Below are positions 23,981 through 35,885 of a stretch of DNA of 64,000 nt, piece after piece. This DNA is from Macrostomum lignano (taxonomy: Eukaryota). The stretch lies in assembly GCA_002269645.1 (NCBI GenBank), contig NIVC01001045.1, positions 1 through 64,000 on the forward strand. Direction: 5' to 3'. Every line of letters begins with the position of its first letter. Positions within the stretch are counted from its first letter, which is position 1. The notes under the pieces are model-generated. The model saw only the letters and a list, made by a program, of their open reading frames with translations, was not told where the DNA came from and did no database searches. Both the position numbers and the translations under genes were made by a program.

Positions 23981-25395
23981 CAGGTTTTTTAGGCTAAAAA
24001 TTCTCTAAAACTCTCAACGCAACTGCCGAAATGATATCAAGCGCGCCAAAATCTGACACATTTTTTTATTGTTTGTATTGATTGACGAATCTCGCGTTGT
24101 CGATATTTAGTTAGCGAATGAAGCCACAAGTGAAAGAGAAAGCAATTAGCAGAGAACATCACCAGTTGTACGCGTGTGTGTGATTGCTTGCTCACTCTGT
24201 AGTGAAATTCCAAGCGATCTGGCTATTTTTTGCCCATTTAAATGACTCTTGTGCCGCCGACTAAAGTGCGTCCACCCATCGCAATGTGGTCGCGACTTTT
24301 TTGCCCTTTATCCGGTAATAACAAGTTTTTTATATTATTTGCGTTAATTCTTTATTTAATTTCGTTTATACATTTATTTTTTGTCAAGCGCAGTTTTCCA
24401 CCTTTTTTCCCTCTGGTCCGACTGTTGTATTCGCGTGGCTGATGCTTTTTTCCGGTCTGTCTTTTGTGTGCGTGTGGAATTTTTTTGTCGGCATTTAAGT
24501 CTTCTTGTTATCTATTTTTTTGTTTGCTAGTTCGACTGTTGACTCTCCGCCGTAATAAAATTGCCCAAATTACTACTTTGCTAATTAATTAGCGTCAATA
24601 GTAACTTTATAATGTACTGTATTTGATTCTGATTAATAACGCATTAATTTCTATAAATGTAAAACTCCTCGCGACTTGAATTTGTGTATAAAAATTGAAC
24701 TTTTTCCTTATCAATACATCTATTAAACTGGCACTTGAATACAATTATCCACATGCTACTAATAGTAATATCATTATGGTGATTTGTTTATATTATAATT
24801 TACGAGTAGGCTTAACATTGTCTTCGTTTAATGGTTTTTTCTGCTCATTGCTGCTTATTGTAGTTTGTAACTTTTTCTTTATGAAAATTTCACTTCATCA
24901 CTAATGCTGTTTTAAATAACCAGCTCGAAATTCGAGTAAAGAAATGTTTTATTATTCTTTTTTTTCTTTTTAATTTTCAATTCTTTTTTCGATCGGTTTG
25001 ACTTTCCGGCTCTTATTAATACTGCTTATAATTTTGTGCAAATGTTTGTACTGTATGCTCCTGTTCAGCCATATTTATTATTAATTATAATACTAATTAT
25101 CAATAATTATACTTCTGCTACCGAATTTTGTTAGAAAACTTTTTGTTGCAGTTCTAATGTTTTTTGTTCTAATTTTAATCATCAAGTTTCACTTGCAGTT
25201 TCACGCCGAGTTACTACTAATTACTACTAATAATAATCCTATGCGTCAGTTGTTCTCTCTTTTTTCAAGAAAAAGTAATCGGTTGCGTTTGTACTTTGTG
25301 TCACGCCGCTGTTTTGTTTAAAAAATGACTCACTTGAGGGGATTTTCAGTCTTGGTTCTTTTGTTAATTGCTCTTCTTAATAAAGGTTGATAAAA

Positions 25396-25822
25396 CCTCA
25401 CCGTTGAAGGAAGCTCTTGTCCACGGAGTGACCTCACCGTTGAAGACGGTTCTTGTCCACGGAGTGACCTCACCGTTAAAGGAAGTTCTTGTCCACGGAG
25501 TGACCTCACCGTTAAAGGAAGTTCTTGTCCACGGAGTGACCTCACCGTTAAAGGAAGTTCTTGTCCACGGAGTGACCTCACCGTTAAAGGAAGTTCTTGT
25601 CCACGGAGTGACCTCACCGTTAAAGGAAGTTCTTGTCCACGGAGTGACCTCACCGTTAAAGGAAGTTCTTGTCCACGGAGTGACCTCACCGTTAAAGGAA
25701 GTTCTTGTCCACGGAGTGACCTCACCGTTAAAGGAAGTTCTTGTCCACGGAGTGACCTCACCGTTAAAGGAAGTTCTTGTCCACGGAGTGACCTCACCGT
25801 TTAAGAAAACTCTTGTCCATTG
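25396..25822. repeat. 36-bp minisatellite (CCTCACCGTTAAAGGAAGTTCTTGTCCACGGAGTGA), about 12 copies
   Basis: Directly visible; 12-aa periodic ORFs on both strands. Confidence 0.95.
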
Positions 25823-26192
25823 AGTGATGAGTGATCCGTCAGTTAAAGAAGTTAAATAACTACATGTATATCTGTTTAAGATAGCCTAAGCTTAATCTGC
25901 ATTAATCTGAAATGAAACTATAGAATTAAAGAAAATAAAACGCCAGATCGAGAAAACTTTTAACACTTATACACGAATCTTAAATATTGTCCAAAGGAAT
26001 GTTAAAGGACAAAGGAATGGTCGGACAGTTATAGATATCGTAAATTATATTTCAGGCCTGATAATTTGTGTCACAATCTTGTTTAGACTAATTCAATTTA
26101 TCGTGCTCACGAGAGTATAATAAGGATCAATTAACGTAAGTTCGGCAGGATAAGGCAGTTTGATCAGTTTTATGCAGGCGGTTAGCACAAAT

Positions 26193-27521
26193 TCATTTCT
26201 TTCCTAGAAGCGCAGTCTCCGCCGGCAGCAGTTTCCCGGAAAGGCGGCCCTCAGCGGCGGCCTGCAGCAGCCGCAGCGCCTGCCGAACGTCGTGGTGACT
26301 CACCTGAGCAGGCAGCCGTCGGATTCGGATGACTTCTTCGTCATCGCCTTCCTGACTGACCAGCAGCTGCAGTCTGTCGGCAAACCGGGCCTCCAGTCGG
26401 ACAGTCGCCGAGGTCAAGTCGAAGCTGCTCTGTCGCCGAACGAGGCCCAACTGGATGAAGCGGATGGCGGCGGGGTCGTCCTCGCTGTTGAACAGCGCGC
26501 TGATCTGCTTCAGTGCGCCGTCAGCTGTCGCTGTCACGGCCGCTTCGATCACGGCGACTCTGAGAGGCCCGGCGAGAGACTTCGGCAGCCCGAGCGAGCG
26601 GGTGAACACGGAGGCGAAGGCGGTTGCCATGGAGACTGGGATGCGGCGCAGAGTCTGGCTGGTAGCGGAAATGGCCAGGCGGTCGAATCCAGTTCTGACC
26701 AGCTCCACCAGCGTGGCGTTGCCGCCGTCCTCCGAGGTTGCAGCCGTTGGGCCTGCGGTCGTCGAAACCCCCAGCTGCAGTTCTTCCACCACCTCCGGCG
26801 CCTCGGGAGCATCGCTGGCGACCTCCTCGGCGGATCGGCGGCTGCGCAGCAGGCCGGAACTGGCGGCCACCCGACTTGCCGCGGCAGCGATGGCGAAGTG
26901 CCTCAGCCCAGCCTCCACCTGCCGCAGCTCCTCGGCCGTGAGGCCCCGCGGCACCTGCTGCGTCCAGGAGCGGCACCTCCTGATGAACCACCGGCGCTTG
27001 CAGCTTCGCATCGGCACAGGCGTTGTCTTGGCAACCAGCTGGGCGGTGGCGACGCTGTGCACGATGCCGAACTCAACGCTGACATCGTCGAGGCGCCGGC
27101 CAGCCCCGACGAAGGTCTCGTAGTGGCCGCGGCCGACCAGGGCGCTCACGGTGAAAGAGAACGTGTGGAAGGAGACGGAGCGAGCGAAGGCCAGGGCAGC
27201 CAGGCGGTTCGCCACCTCCTGAGGCAGTCCGCGAGACCTGATGGCCTGCTGCAACTCCTGCCGGGCCACCGAGCCCTGAACCAGTCGACTGTTGGCCCGC
27301 GGTGCCACCAGCAGACACGTCGGGCAGACCACTCCGCCAGGCAGGGGCGAAGCCAGCTGCCCCAGCTGACTGCGGAGCGCGCTGGATACTCCGGACTGAG
27401 CTGGGCGACTCAGCGCTCTGAAGGATGCGGGCTGAGGGCCGAAGCGCTTGGCAGACAGGGACTGAAGGCAGCAGCAGCTGCTCACGAGCGCAAGCAGCAG
27501 AAGATTTTCGCTGCAGAGCAT
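26193..27521 (-). CDS. Intronless predicted secreted protein of unknown family (about 442 aa from the second Met)
   Basis: Long non-repetitive GC-rich ORF. The ATG at 27521 is followed by a signal-peptide-like MLCSENLLLLALVSSCCCLQSLSA. No family recognised. Confidence 0.75.
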   Translation of the reverse strand: MLCSENLLLLALVSSCCCLQSLSAKRFGPQPASFRALSRPAQSGVSSALRSQLGQLASPLPGGVVCPTCLLVAPRANSRLVQGSVARQELQQAIRSRGLPQEVANRLAALAFARSVSFHTFSFTVSALVGRGHYETFVGAGRRLDDVSVEFGIVHSVATAQLVAKTTPVPMRSCKRRWFIRRCRSWTQQVPRGLTAEELRQVEAGLRHFAIAAAASRVAASSGLLRSRRSAEEVASDAPEAPEVVEELQLGVSTTAGPTAATSEDGGNATLVELVRTGFDRLAISATSQTLRRIPVSMATAFASVFTRSLGLPKSLAGPLRVAVIEAAVTATADGALKQISALFNSEDDPAAIRFIQLGLVRRQSSFDLTSATVRLEARFADRLQLLVSQEGDDEEVIRIRRLPAQVSHHDVRQALRLLQAAAEGRLSGKLLPAETALLGKK

Positions 27522-27949
27522 TCTGTTACTTGACAGGACAGCAGATTTATCTAGAGAATACTGGGTTGTTGTTGCCATGGGCCTCCTGCAGGGCTGCCGT
27601 ATTTATAGTATCAGAAATCACCTTGACATGGACCTCTGCGGGGGCCACCGCTTTCACATCTCTTTCCACTTTTTTCCTGCGAATGCTTCTATTTCTGTTT
27701 CCTGTGCTTGGCCTTCCGAATAAGGTGTTGCCGATTTCCGTGTGTGCCCGGAGTACCAAATGTGACTCAAATGCACCTTGAGCACCTGGTCGGCTGCAGA
27801 GCTTTCCGACTGATAAGACTCTTGCAGCCCACGCACTGGAACAAGTGGTTATAACTATTTTTAATTAGAATTCCCTTGTAGGTTGCCTAGACTTGACTTT
27901 GCGTTTTCTGAAGCTGGTAGCTGGTGAGGGAGAGGGGAGACAGCAGATA

Positions 27950-28165
27950 GGGAGGGAGACGGCAGAGAGGGAAAGGGAGACAGCAGAGAGGGAAAGGGAT
28001 ACAGCAGAGAGGGAGAGGGAGACAGCAGAGAGGGAAAGGGAGACGGCAGAGAGGGAAAGGGAGACAGCAGAGAGGGAGAGGGAGACAGCAGAGAGGGAAA
28101 GGGATACAGCAGAGAGGGGGAGGGAGACAGCAGAGAGGAAGAGGGAGACAGCGGAGAGGGGGAGA
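27950..28165. repeat. About 20-bp GA-rich minisatellite (GGGAGACAGCAGAGAGGGAAA-like)
   Basis: Directly visible. Confidence 0.9.
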
Positions 28166-28834
28166 GAGAGGGAACCAACCATGCAGCTAAAAGAACGTAG
28201 GTTTTCCATAGTTAAAATTAATAACTATCCACACATTTATGGGACTATCTTGATTTCCTCAGTCAGGCCCGTGAATGCAAGCAAGCAGAATTTTGGCACA
28301 CTCATAGCCGAATTCCTGTAGAAAGTTTTTGAAGTTGATTACTACTCGTGTGCGCGTGTACTTTTAGCTTGCGTGCAGTTTTTCAAGCACATTTCATTTC
28401 CCCGAGTCCCGCGCGCGCGTGTCGTGACGAAAGCCTGTTGACTTTTGGACAGAATAAAAATCAGCCAATTTTGATGAGCAAATAAATGGCTGACTTCCTG
28501 TTGAATAAAATAGGAAATTGTGCTGCTAACAACGAGTCGTGTCGTAGCGGTTCGAATGGCGGTGGAGCAGTGCGATGCTTGGTATCAGAATCTCATTCAG
28601 CCACTGGGCCGTGATCAAGCATTACTGATTGGAGGGTGCCTATGCATATAAATTGCTTGGCTACTTTTTTTGCTGCTACAAAACCGCAAGAAACTTCAAG
28701 CAACTCTGCTTTCTGGTGAGTTGACTTTTGTGGGATTGTTCTCTGTCTTCGATTGCGGCCCTGTACTAAGGGTCTTACTCTCTAACTGTAAGAATGTCAT
28801 GTAAAACAACCTTTGACACGTTTCGAAGAACAGT

Positions 28835-29010
28835 CTGACACAGATATGACTATGTTCTAACACAGAGATGACCCTGGTCTGACACAGATATAACCCTGTT
28901 CTGACACAGATATGACCGCATTCTGACACATATATGACCCTGTTCTGACACAGATATGACCCTGTTCTGACATAGAATAATCTGACGCAGCCGATGACCC
29001 TAGTCTGACA
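28835..29010. repeat. About 22-bp decayed minisatellite (TGACACAGATATGACCCTGTTC)
   Basis: Directly visible. Confidence 0.85.
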
Positions 29011-29082
29011 CTCACGCGCATGCAGATACGGACAGAGTTCCTCTCTCTCGACCCCAACAGTCTCCAATCGTGTCGGTCTCAG

Positions 29083-31012
29083 ATGAAGCCCGCAACTCTG
29101 ATCCTAACGATCTTCGCGCTGTCAGCTGCCGTCAGTCTCGACTGCATTCCCGGAACAGCCACTGCTTCCAGGCATTCCAGTAGTAGGCGGCAGCCGATTC
29201 GTTTCGGATCGTTCAACATCCAGATATTCGGCCGGAAGAAAGCGCGCGACGCATTCGTGATGAACAATCTGGCTAGGATTCTGAATCGCTACGATATTTT
29301 GGTTGTCATGGAGATTCGCGATAAGAGGTTTCTGTTATTCAGATACTAGTTACAATATTCCCGGGGGCCCGGGTTAAGAAGGCGTGAAACAAAACAATTT
29401 TTTGTTGAAGTCCGAATTTCGATGCAAAAAGTGTGACGGATTCAATTTAGACTACTGAGAAAAGTAGACGAATTAAGATTTGAATTTTTAAATTTCTCAC
29501 GTAGCTTGAAAAATGTCGGGCGTGTGGCTGCTTAGCTGAGCTGCTGCTCGTCCCGTTCTTTGAATTTTCGCATCTGAAGCAAGATGGTCCTTGGCAGCTA
29601 AACTGGACTGGAGTCCCGTGTCTAGAGGCGTTGATTGCGACCAAAGTTACGCACGCTCGCACATAAATTTCTTCTGCTTTTTTTTCAGTGGCGAAGCTTT
29701 TAGAAAGCTGGTTGAACGGGCGAATCGGGATGAGCGAAGAGACCCGTTCAGCTACGTCATCAGCGTCAGAACGGGCCGCACGGTGAGAGAAACTGCATGC
29801 TTTCATGGATTGTCAGATTTAGCTGGAGAGATTGAATAGTTATTATTCGAATATGCATCAGCTGTAGCTACATGTACAAAGACTAGTAACAGATATAACT
29901 ACAAAGTCTTGATCACAGACAGGTGGCTACAAAGTTTTGATCAAAGAGAGGTGGCTACAAAGACTTGATCACAGACCAGTAGCTACAAAGACTTGATCAC
30001 AGACCAGTAGCTACAAAGACTTGATCACATACTGGCAGATACAAAGACTTGATCACATACTGGCAGATACAAAGACTTGATCACAGACCAGAAGCTACAA
30101 AGACTTGATCACAGACCAGTAGCTACAAAGACTTGTTCACAGACAGGCAGATACAAAGACTTGATCACAAACAGGCAGATACAAAGACTTGATCACAGAC
30201 CAGTAGCTACAAAGACTTAATTACAGACCAGTAGCTACAAAGACTTGATCACAGACCAGTAGCTAAAAAAACTTTATCACAAAGAGGTGGCTACAAAGAC
30301 TCGATCACAGACAGGCAGCTGCAAAGACTTAATCACAGACCAGTAGCTACAAAGACTTGATCACAGGTATCTACAAAGACTCGAGATCACAGACAGGTAG
30401 CTAGAAAGACAGAGAGGTAGCTACAAAGACTTGCTATTATCAAATTAACGCCATTCTCAATCACGCCAGGTAAGCAAAGAGCAATACGCCGTTCTCTACC
30501 GAGAATCCGTGGCCGAAGTTCTGTCCGAACGGACAGTGGCCGATTCCGGCGACCGATTCCAGCGCGAACCATACGAAGTTCGACTCGCGATGAGACCGGC
30601 CGGTCGGTGCTCATCCTCGACCACCGTCCTCACGGTGATTTGTCTGCACACGGAGCCAGACGCCTCGGTGGAAGAGCTCAACGCCCTGCACGACATGCTA
30701 CGTCCCAGACATCGCGAGAACCTCCTGATTGCCGGCGACCTGAACGCCGACTGTCGCTACGTGAACCGCGGCGAGATGGCCGCCCTGCCGCTGCGGCTCG
30801 ATCCCGACTTTCTCTGGCTGATCGGCGACGGCGTGGACACGACTGTGAAGTCGACGGACTGCGCCTACGACCGGCTGATCGTCACGCACTCGGCCTACCA
30901 GCTCATGCCCGGTGCCAGGGTGTTCCGCTTCGATACGGAGTTCGGTTTGAGCACAGATCAAGCTGCTCAAATTAGCGATCATTATCCTGTGGAGCTGGAG
31001 ATTCTATTGTAG
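29083..31012 (+). CDS. DNASE1: Deoxyribonuclease I family protein with signal peptide; exons 29083-29327, 29689-29782, 30470-31012
   Basis: FNIQIFG, RYDILVVMEIRD, GRTVSKEQYAVLYR, FQREP, CLHTEP, GDLNADCRY, DTT, CAYDRL and ISDHYPVE. Both catalytic His and the acidic metal ligands are present; splice phases are consistent. Confidence 0.95.
29895..30430. repeat. About 28-bp minisatellite (AGCTACAAAGACTTGATCACAGACCAGT) in DNase I intron 2
   Basis: Directly visible. Confidence 0.92.
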
Positions 31013-31074
31013 AGCATGCGCTGAGCAACTCTTTACTAATTGCTGGTGGCATTGCGTGTCGGTTAAGGGTGCCG

Positions 31075-31945
31075 TTTTGAGCAATTGCGTCATTTTTAGT
31101 ATCTGGGTGCCATTTTAAGTATCTGGGTGCCATTTGAAGTATCTGGGTGCCATTTGAAGTATCTGGGTGCCATTTGAAGTATCTGGGTGCCATTTGAAGT
31201 ATCTGGGTGCCATTTGAAGTATCTGGGTGCCATTTTTAGCAATTGGGTGCCATTTTTAGCAATTGCGTGTCATTTTTAGCAATTGGGTGCCATTTTTAGC
31301 AATTGGGTGCCATTTTTAGCAATTGCGTGTCATTTTTAGTATCTGGGTGCCATTTGAAGTATCTGGGTGCCATTTTTAGCAATTGGGTGCCATTTTTAGC
31401 AATTGCGTGTCATTTTTAGCAATTGGGTGCCATTTTTAGCAATTGGGTGCCATTTTTAGCAATTGCGTGTCATTTTTAGTATCTGGGTGCCATTTGAAGT
31501 ATCTGGGTGCCATTTTTAGCAATTATGTGTCATTTTTAGTATCTGGGTGCCATTTTGAGTATTTGGGTGCCATTTTTAGTATCTGGGTGCCATTTTTAGC
31601 AATTGGGTGCCATTTTTAGCAAGTGGGTGCCATTTTTAGCAATTGGGTGCCATTTTAGCAATTGGGTGCCATTTTAGCAATTGGGTGCCATTTTAGCAAT
31701 TGGGTGCCATTTTTAGTATCTGGGTGCCATTTGAAGTATCTGGGTGCCATTTTTAGCAATTATGTGTCATTTTTAGTATCTGGGTGCCATTTTGAGTATC
31801 TGGGTGCCATTTTTAGTATCTGGGTGCCATTTTGAGTATTTGAGTATCTGGGTGCCATTTTTAGCAATTGGGTGCCATTTTTAGCAATTGGGTGCCATTT
31901 TTAGAAATTGGGTGCCATTTTTAGTGTCTGAGTGTTATTTTTAGT
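31075..31945. repeat. 20/21-bp minisatellite (ATCTGGGTGCCATTTGAAGT / AATTGGGTGCCATTTTTAGC)
   Basis: Directly visible. Confidence 0.95.
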
Positions 31946-32264
31946 ACATGAGGCTGGATACCATTTCTAGAGTCTGGGTGTCATGTCTTACAGGCAGGTG
32001 TCAGCTTCACAAGACAGATGTCATCAATCAGGTACCTTTACTTTGAGCTCACAAAATAAACTTTTTTAATGCTCCAGAAGTCTGACTCAACTGTTCTATT
32101 ATAATTAGTTTGAAGTATTTGATCCTCAGCTTCCCGAACCAAATATAATAATTCAATGGTTTTGTTTTGGCAATGTTTTGGTTTAATTTGCACCTTGACT
32201 TCGTTCATTCAGTGACGTGAGATAAACTGTTGCACTTTTCTTCTGGTTTCCTGGTTTCCCTCTC

Positions 32265-33455
32265 GCTCCTTCCTCTCCGCTCCCTCCTCTCCACTGCCTC
32301 CCCTCCGCTGCCTCCTCTCCGCTCCTTCCCCTCCGCTGCCTCCCCTCCGCTCCCTCCCCTCCGCTGCCCTCTTCTCCGCTCCCTCCTCTCCGCTCCCTCC
32401 TCTCCGCTCCCTCCCCTTCCGCTGCCCTCTTCTCCGCTCCCTCCTCTCCGCTCCCTCCCCTCCGCTGCCCTCTTCTCCGCTCCCTCCTCGATCCGCTCCC
32501 TCCTCTCCGCTGCCTCCTCTCCGCTCCCTCCCCTCCGCTGCCTCCTCTCCGCTCCCTCCCCTCCGCTGCCCTCTTCTCCGCTGCCCTTCTCTCGCTCCCT
32601 CCTCTCCGCTCCCTCCCCTCCGCTCCCTCCCCTCCGCTCCCTCCTCTCCGCTCCCTCCCCTCCGCTCCCTCCCCTCCGCTGCCCTCTTCTCCGCTCCCTC
32701 CTCTCCGCTCCCTCCTCTCCGCTCTCTCCCCTCCGCTCCCTCCCCTCCGCTCCCTCCTCGATCCGCTCCCTCCCCTCCGCTCCCTCCTCTCCGCTCCCTC
32801 CCCTCCGCTGCCCTCTTCTCCGCTCCCTCCTCTCCGCTCCCTCCTCTCCGCTCCCTCCCCTCCGCTGCCCTCTTCTCCGCTCCCTCCTCGATCCGCTCCC
32901 TCCTTTCCGCTGCCTCCTCTTCGCTCCCTCCCCTCCGCTTCCCTCTTCTCCGCTGCCCTCCTCTCGCTCCCTCCCCTCCGCTCCCTCCCCTCCGCTCCCT
33001 CCCCTCCGCTCCCTCCCCTCCACTCCCTCCTCTCCGCTCCCTCCTCTCCGCTCCCTCCTCTCCGCTCCCTCCCCTCCGCTGCCTCCTCTCCGCTCCCTCC
33101 TCTCCGCTCCCTCCTCTCCGCTCCCTCCCCTCCGCTCCCTCCTCTCCGCTCCCTCCCCTCCGCTCCCTCCCCTCCGCTCCCTCCCCTCCGCTCCCTCCTC
33201 TCCGCTCCCTCCCCTCCGCTCCCTCCCCTCCGCTCCCTCCTCTCCGCTCCCTCCCCTCCGCTCCCTCCCCTCCGCTCCCTCCTCTCCGCTCCCTCCTCTC
33301 CGCTCCCTCCTCTCCGCTCCCTCCTCTCCGCTCCCTCCCCTCCGCTCCCTCCTCTCCGCTCCCTCCTCTCCGCTCCCTCCTCTCCGCTCCCTCCCCTCCG
33401 CTCCCTCCCCTCCGCTCCCTCCTCTCCGCTGCCTCCTCTCCGCTCCCTCTCTCTC
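32265..33455. repeat. Pyrimidine-rich compound repeat (CTCCGCTCCCTCCT/CCC, about 14 bp)
   Basis: Directly visible; source of the G/R/E-rich and P/S/L-rich pseudo-ORFs. Confidence 0.95.
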
Positions 33456-33737
33456 CGTGTGTCCCAATTGTAACAAACAGTAAATTCTGTCTTAACAAAC
33501 AATTCTCAAAACAGATACCTACTTCAACATGTTGCTGTATATTTATAGAAGGTGCAACTTAGATTGAATTTGATTTTAGACGAGAAACCAAGTACATGTA
33601 CGTACTATTGTTACTTATTCCTAAGCAGACTTCATGCAAAATGACTCCATTTTTCACTTAATGTACGACCGTATAATATTTCGAGTAGAAGTTGTTTTTG
33701 CATCGTAAATACTCGTAGATGTACTCGATTTAAAATT

Positions 33738-34059
33738 TTAATCGCGTCGGAACCAGCGTTTAGCTGTGATGCCATCCCAGATTATTGTCTGAAAATTTGA
33801 ACAAAATACGCGGTCTTTAAAGAAACAAGGAAGGAAGAAAGGAAGGAAAGAAGGAAGGAAGGAAGGAAGGAAGGAAGGAAGGAAGGAAGGAAGGAGGAAG
33901 GAAGGAAGGAAGGAAGGAAGGAAGGAAGGAAGAAAGGAAGGAAGGAAGGAAGGAAGGAAGGAAGGAAGGAAGGAAGGAAGGAAGGAAGGAAGGAAGAAAG
34001 GAAGAAAGGAAGGAAGAAAGGAAGGAAGGAAAGAAGGAAGGAAGGAAGGAAGGAAGGAA

Positions 34060-34092
<33 letters not shown>

Positions 34093-34842
34093 GAAGGAAG
34101 GAAGGAAGGAGGAAGGAAGGAAGGAAGGAAGGAAGGAAGGAAGGAAGGAAGGAAGGAAAGAAGGAAGGAAGGAAGGAAGGAAGGAAGGAAGGAAGGAAGG
34201 AAGGAAAGAAGGAAGGAAGGAAGGAAGGAAGGAAGGAAGGAAGGAAGGAAGGAAGGAAGGAAGGAAGGAAGGAGGAAGGAAGGAAGGAAGGAAGGAAGGA
34301 GGAAGGCAAGCAGGAAGGAAGGAAGGAAAAAAAACTATGAAATAGTTGAAGTCAGAAAAAGTATCAACCTCACTAACCAGTAACAGTTCGCCACTGTCCA
34401 GCAGTTCTCGGACCTGCTTCCGCCCTGACCGCTTCAGCTCCTCAGCTGAAGCCGCTTCGCCCATGTGGATCACCAGCTTGCCGTCCTCCCAGCAGGCGAG
34501 GCACTGCACCGGGCAGCAATAATGGCTTGCTTGCTTGTGTGTTTACCAACTGGAGTAAAATATTTCATGTCAACTCAAGTTTTTTGATAAAGTTCTCACA
34601 TTCAACTCTGTCGATGTTCCACCGTTCCACCTGGCGATGCTATCGATTGGCAGCCTCGTCTCCGTGTTGAGCACCAGTGACTTCACCGAGAGCTGCACTT
34701 CCTCGCTGCCTCCGCTGCTGGCGTCCTCGATGCTGACCGAGACATTGAGCTTGGAGCCCAGCTTCTTGCCGATCCAGGACACGCCTTGGTGTGGGGCAGG
34801 GGTCTGTCTGTCTGTATGTATGTCTGTCTGTCTGTCTGTCTT

Positions 34843-34928
<86 letters not shown>

Positions 34929-35019
34929 CATGCAAGAACTCACCCATAGCGGTGAACACAGCCTCAAGATTTTCGTCTCGGTAAGAAGACCATTTGCCGA
35001 ACAGTTCTGAGTTTGCCAT
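33738..35019 (-). CDS. FABP: Fatty-acid-binding protein (FABP/iLBP family); exons 35019-34944, 34784-~34631, ~34525-34378, 33788-33738
   Basis: Exon 1 MANSELFGKWSSYRDENLEAVFTAM + phase-1 G|GTGAGT; exon 2 GVSWIGKKLGSKLNVSVSIE...KSLVLNTETRL; exon 3 VQCLACWEDGKLVIH...VRELLDSGELLL|GTTAGT; exon 4 TIIWDGITAKRWFRRD*. The exon 2/3 junction is uncertain. Confidence 0.85.
33826..34327. repeat. (GGAA)n microsatellite in FABP intron 3; (TCTG)n at 34802-34925 in intron 1
   Basis: Directly visible. Confidence 0.97.
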
Positions 35020-35365
35020 GTCTGCAGTGGCACTGGCAGATCTTCAATCAAACGACTAAAAAGAAATGACGCAGTAAAACACAAATGCCCCTTCATTGAT
35101 GCGCGAGTCGACTTTTATAAGTTTCTGTTCGTCCGGAATTCAGTTCAAAATTCTGAGCCGTCTATGCGGAAACTGGAAAGCAGATCAGTGTCTGTCTGGA
35201 AGATTTCGGTCGTGAGAAAACTAAACAAAACTAGCAAGTGCCTTCTTGTGGTGTTGTAAAATGGACTGAAATATTATAAAACTTGAAACTGGAGACTTCT
35301 GCAACTGCGGAAAATTATTGACTAGCACGTGACAGAAGCTCTGCATTGTAACATACAACCTATCC

Positions 35366-35822
<457 letters not shown>

Positions 35823-35885
35823 GAGGACTAAGGTGAGAATGAGGCGGAAGAGTTAGATCAAAAAGCAGGCTAAGCAGAATCATTA

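Noticed and set aside
26292-27533. 413-aa plus-strand ORF (and 26455-27123)
   Set aside because: Antisense shadow of the GC-rich minus-strand CDS; no independent motifs.
32183-33502. Gly/Arg/Glu-rich or Pro/Ser/Leu-rich 420-440 aa ORFs
   Set aside because: Open in several frames on both strands because the CT-rich repeat lacks stop codons.
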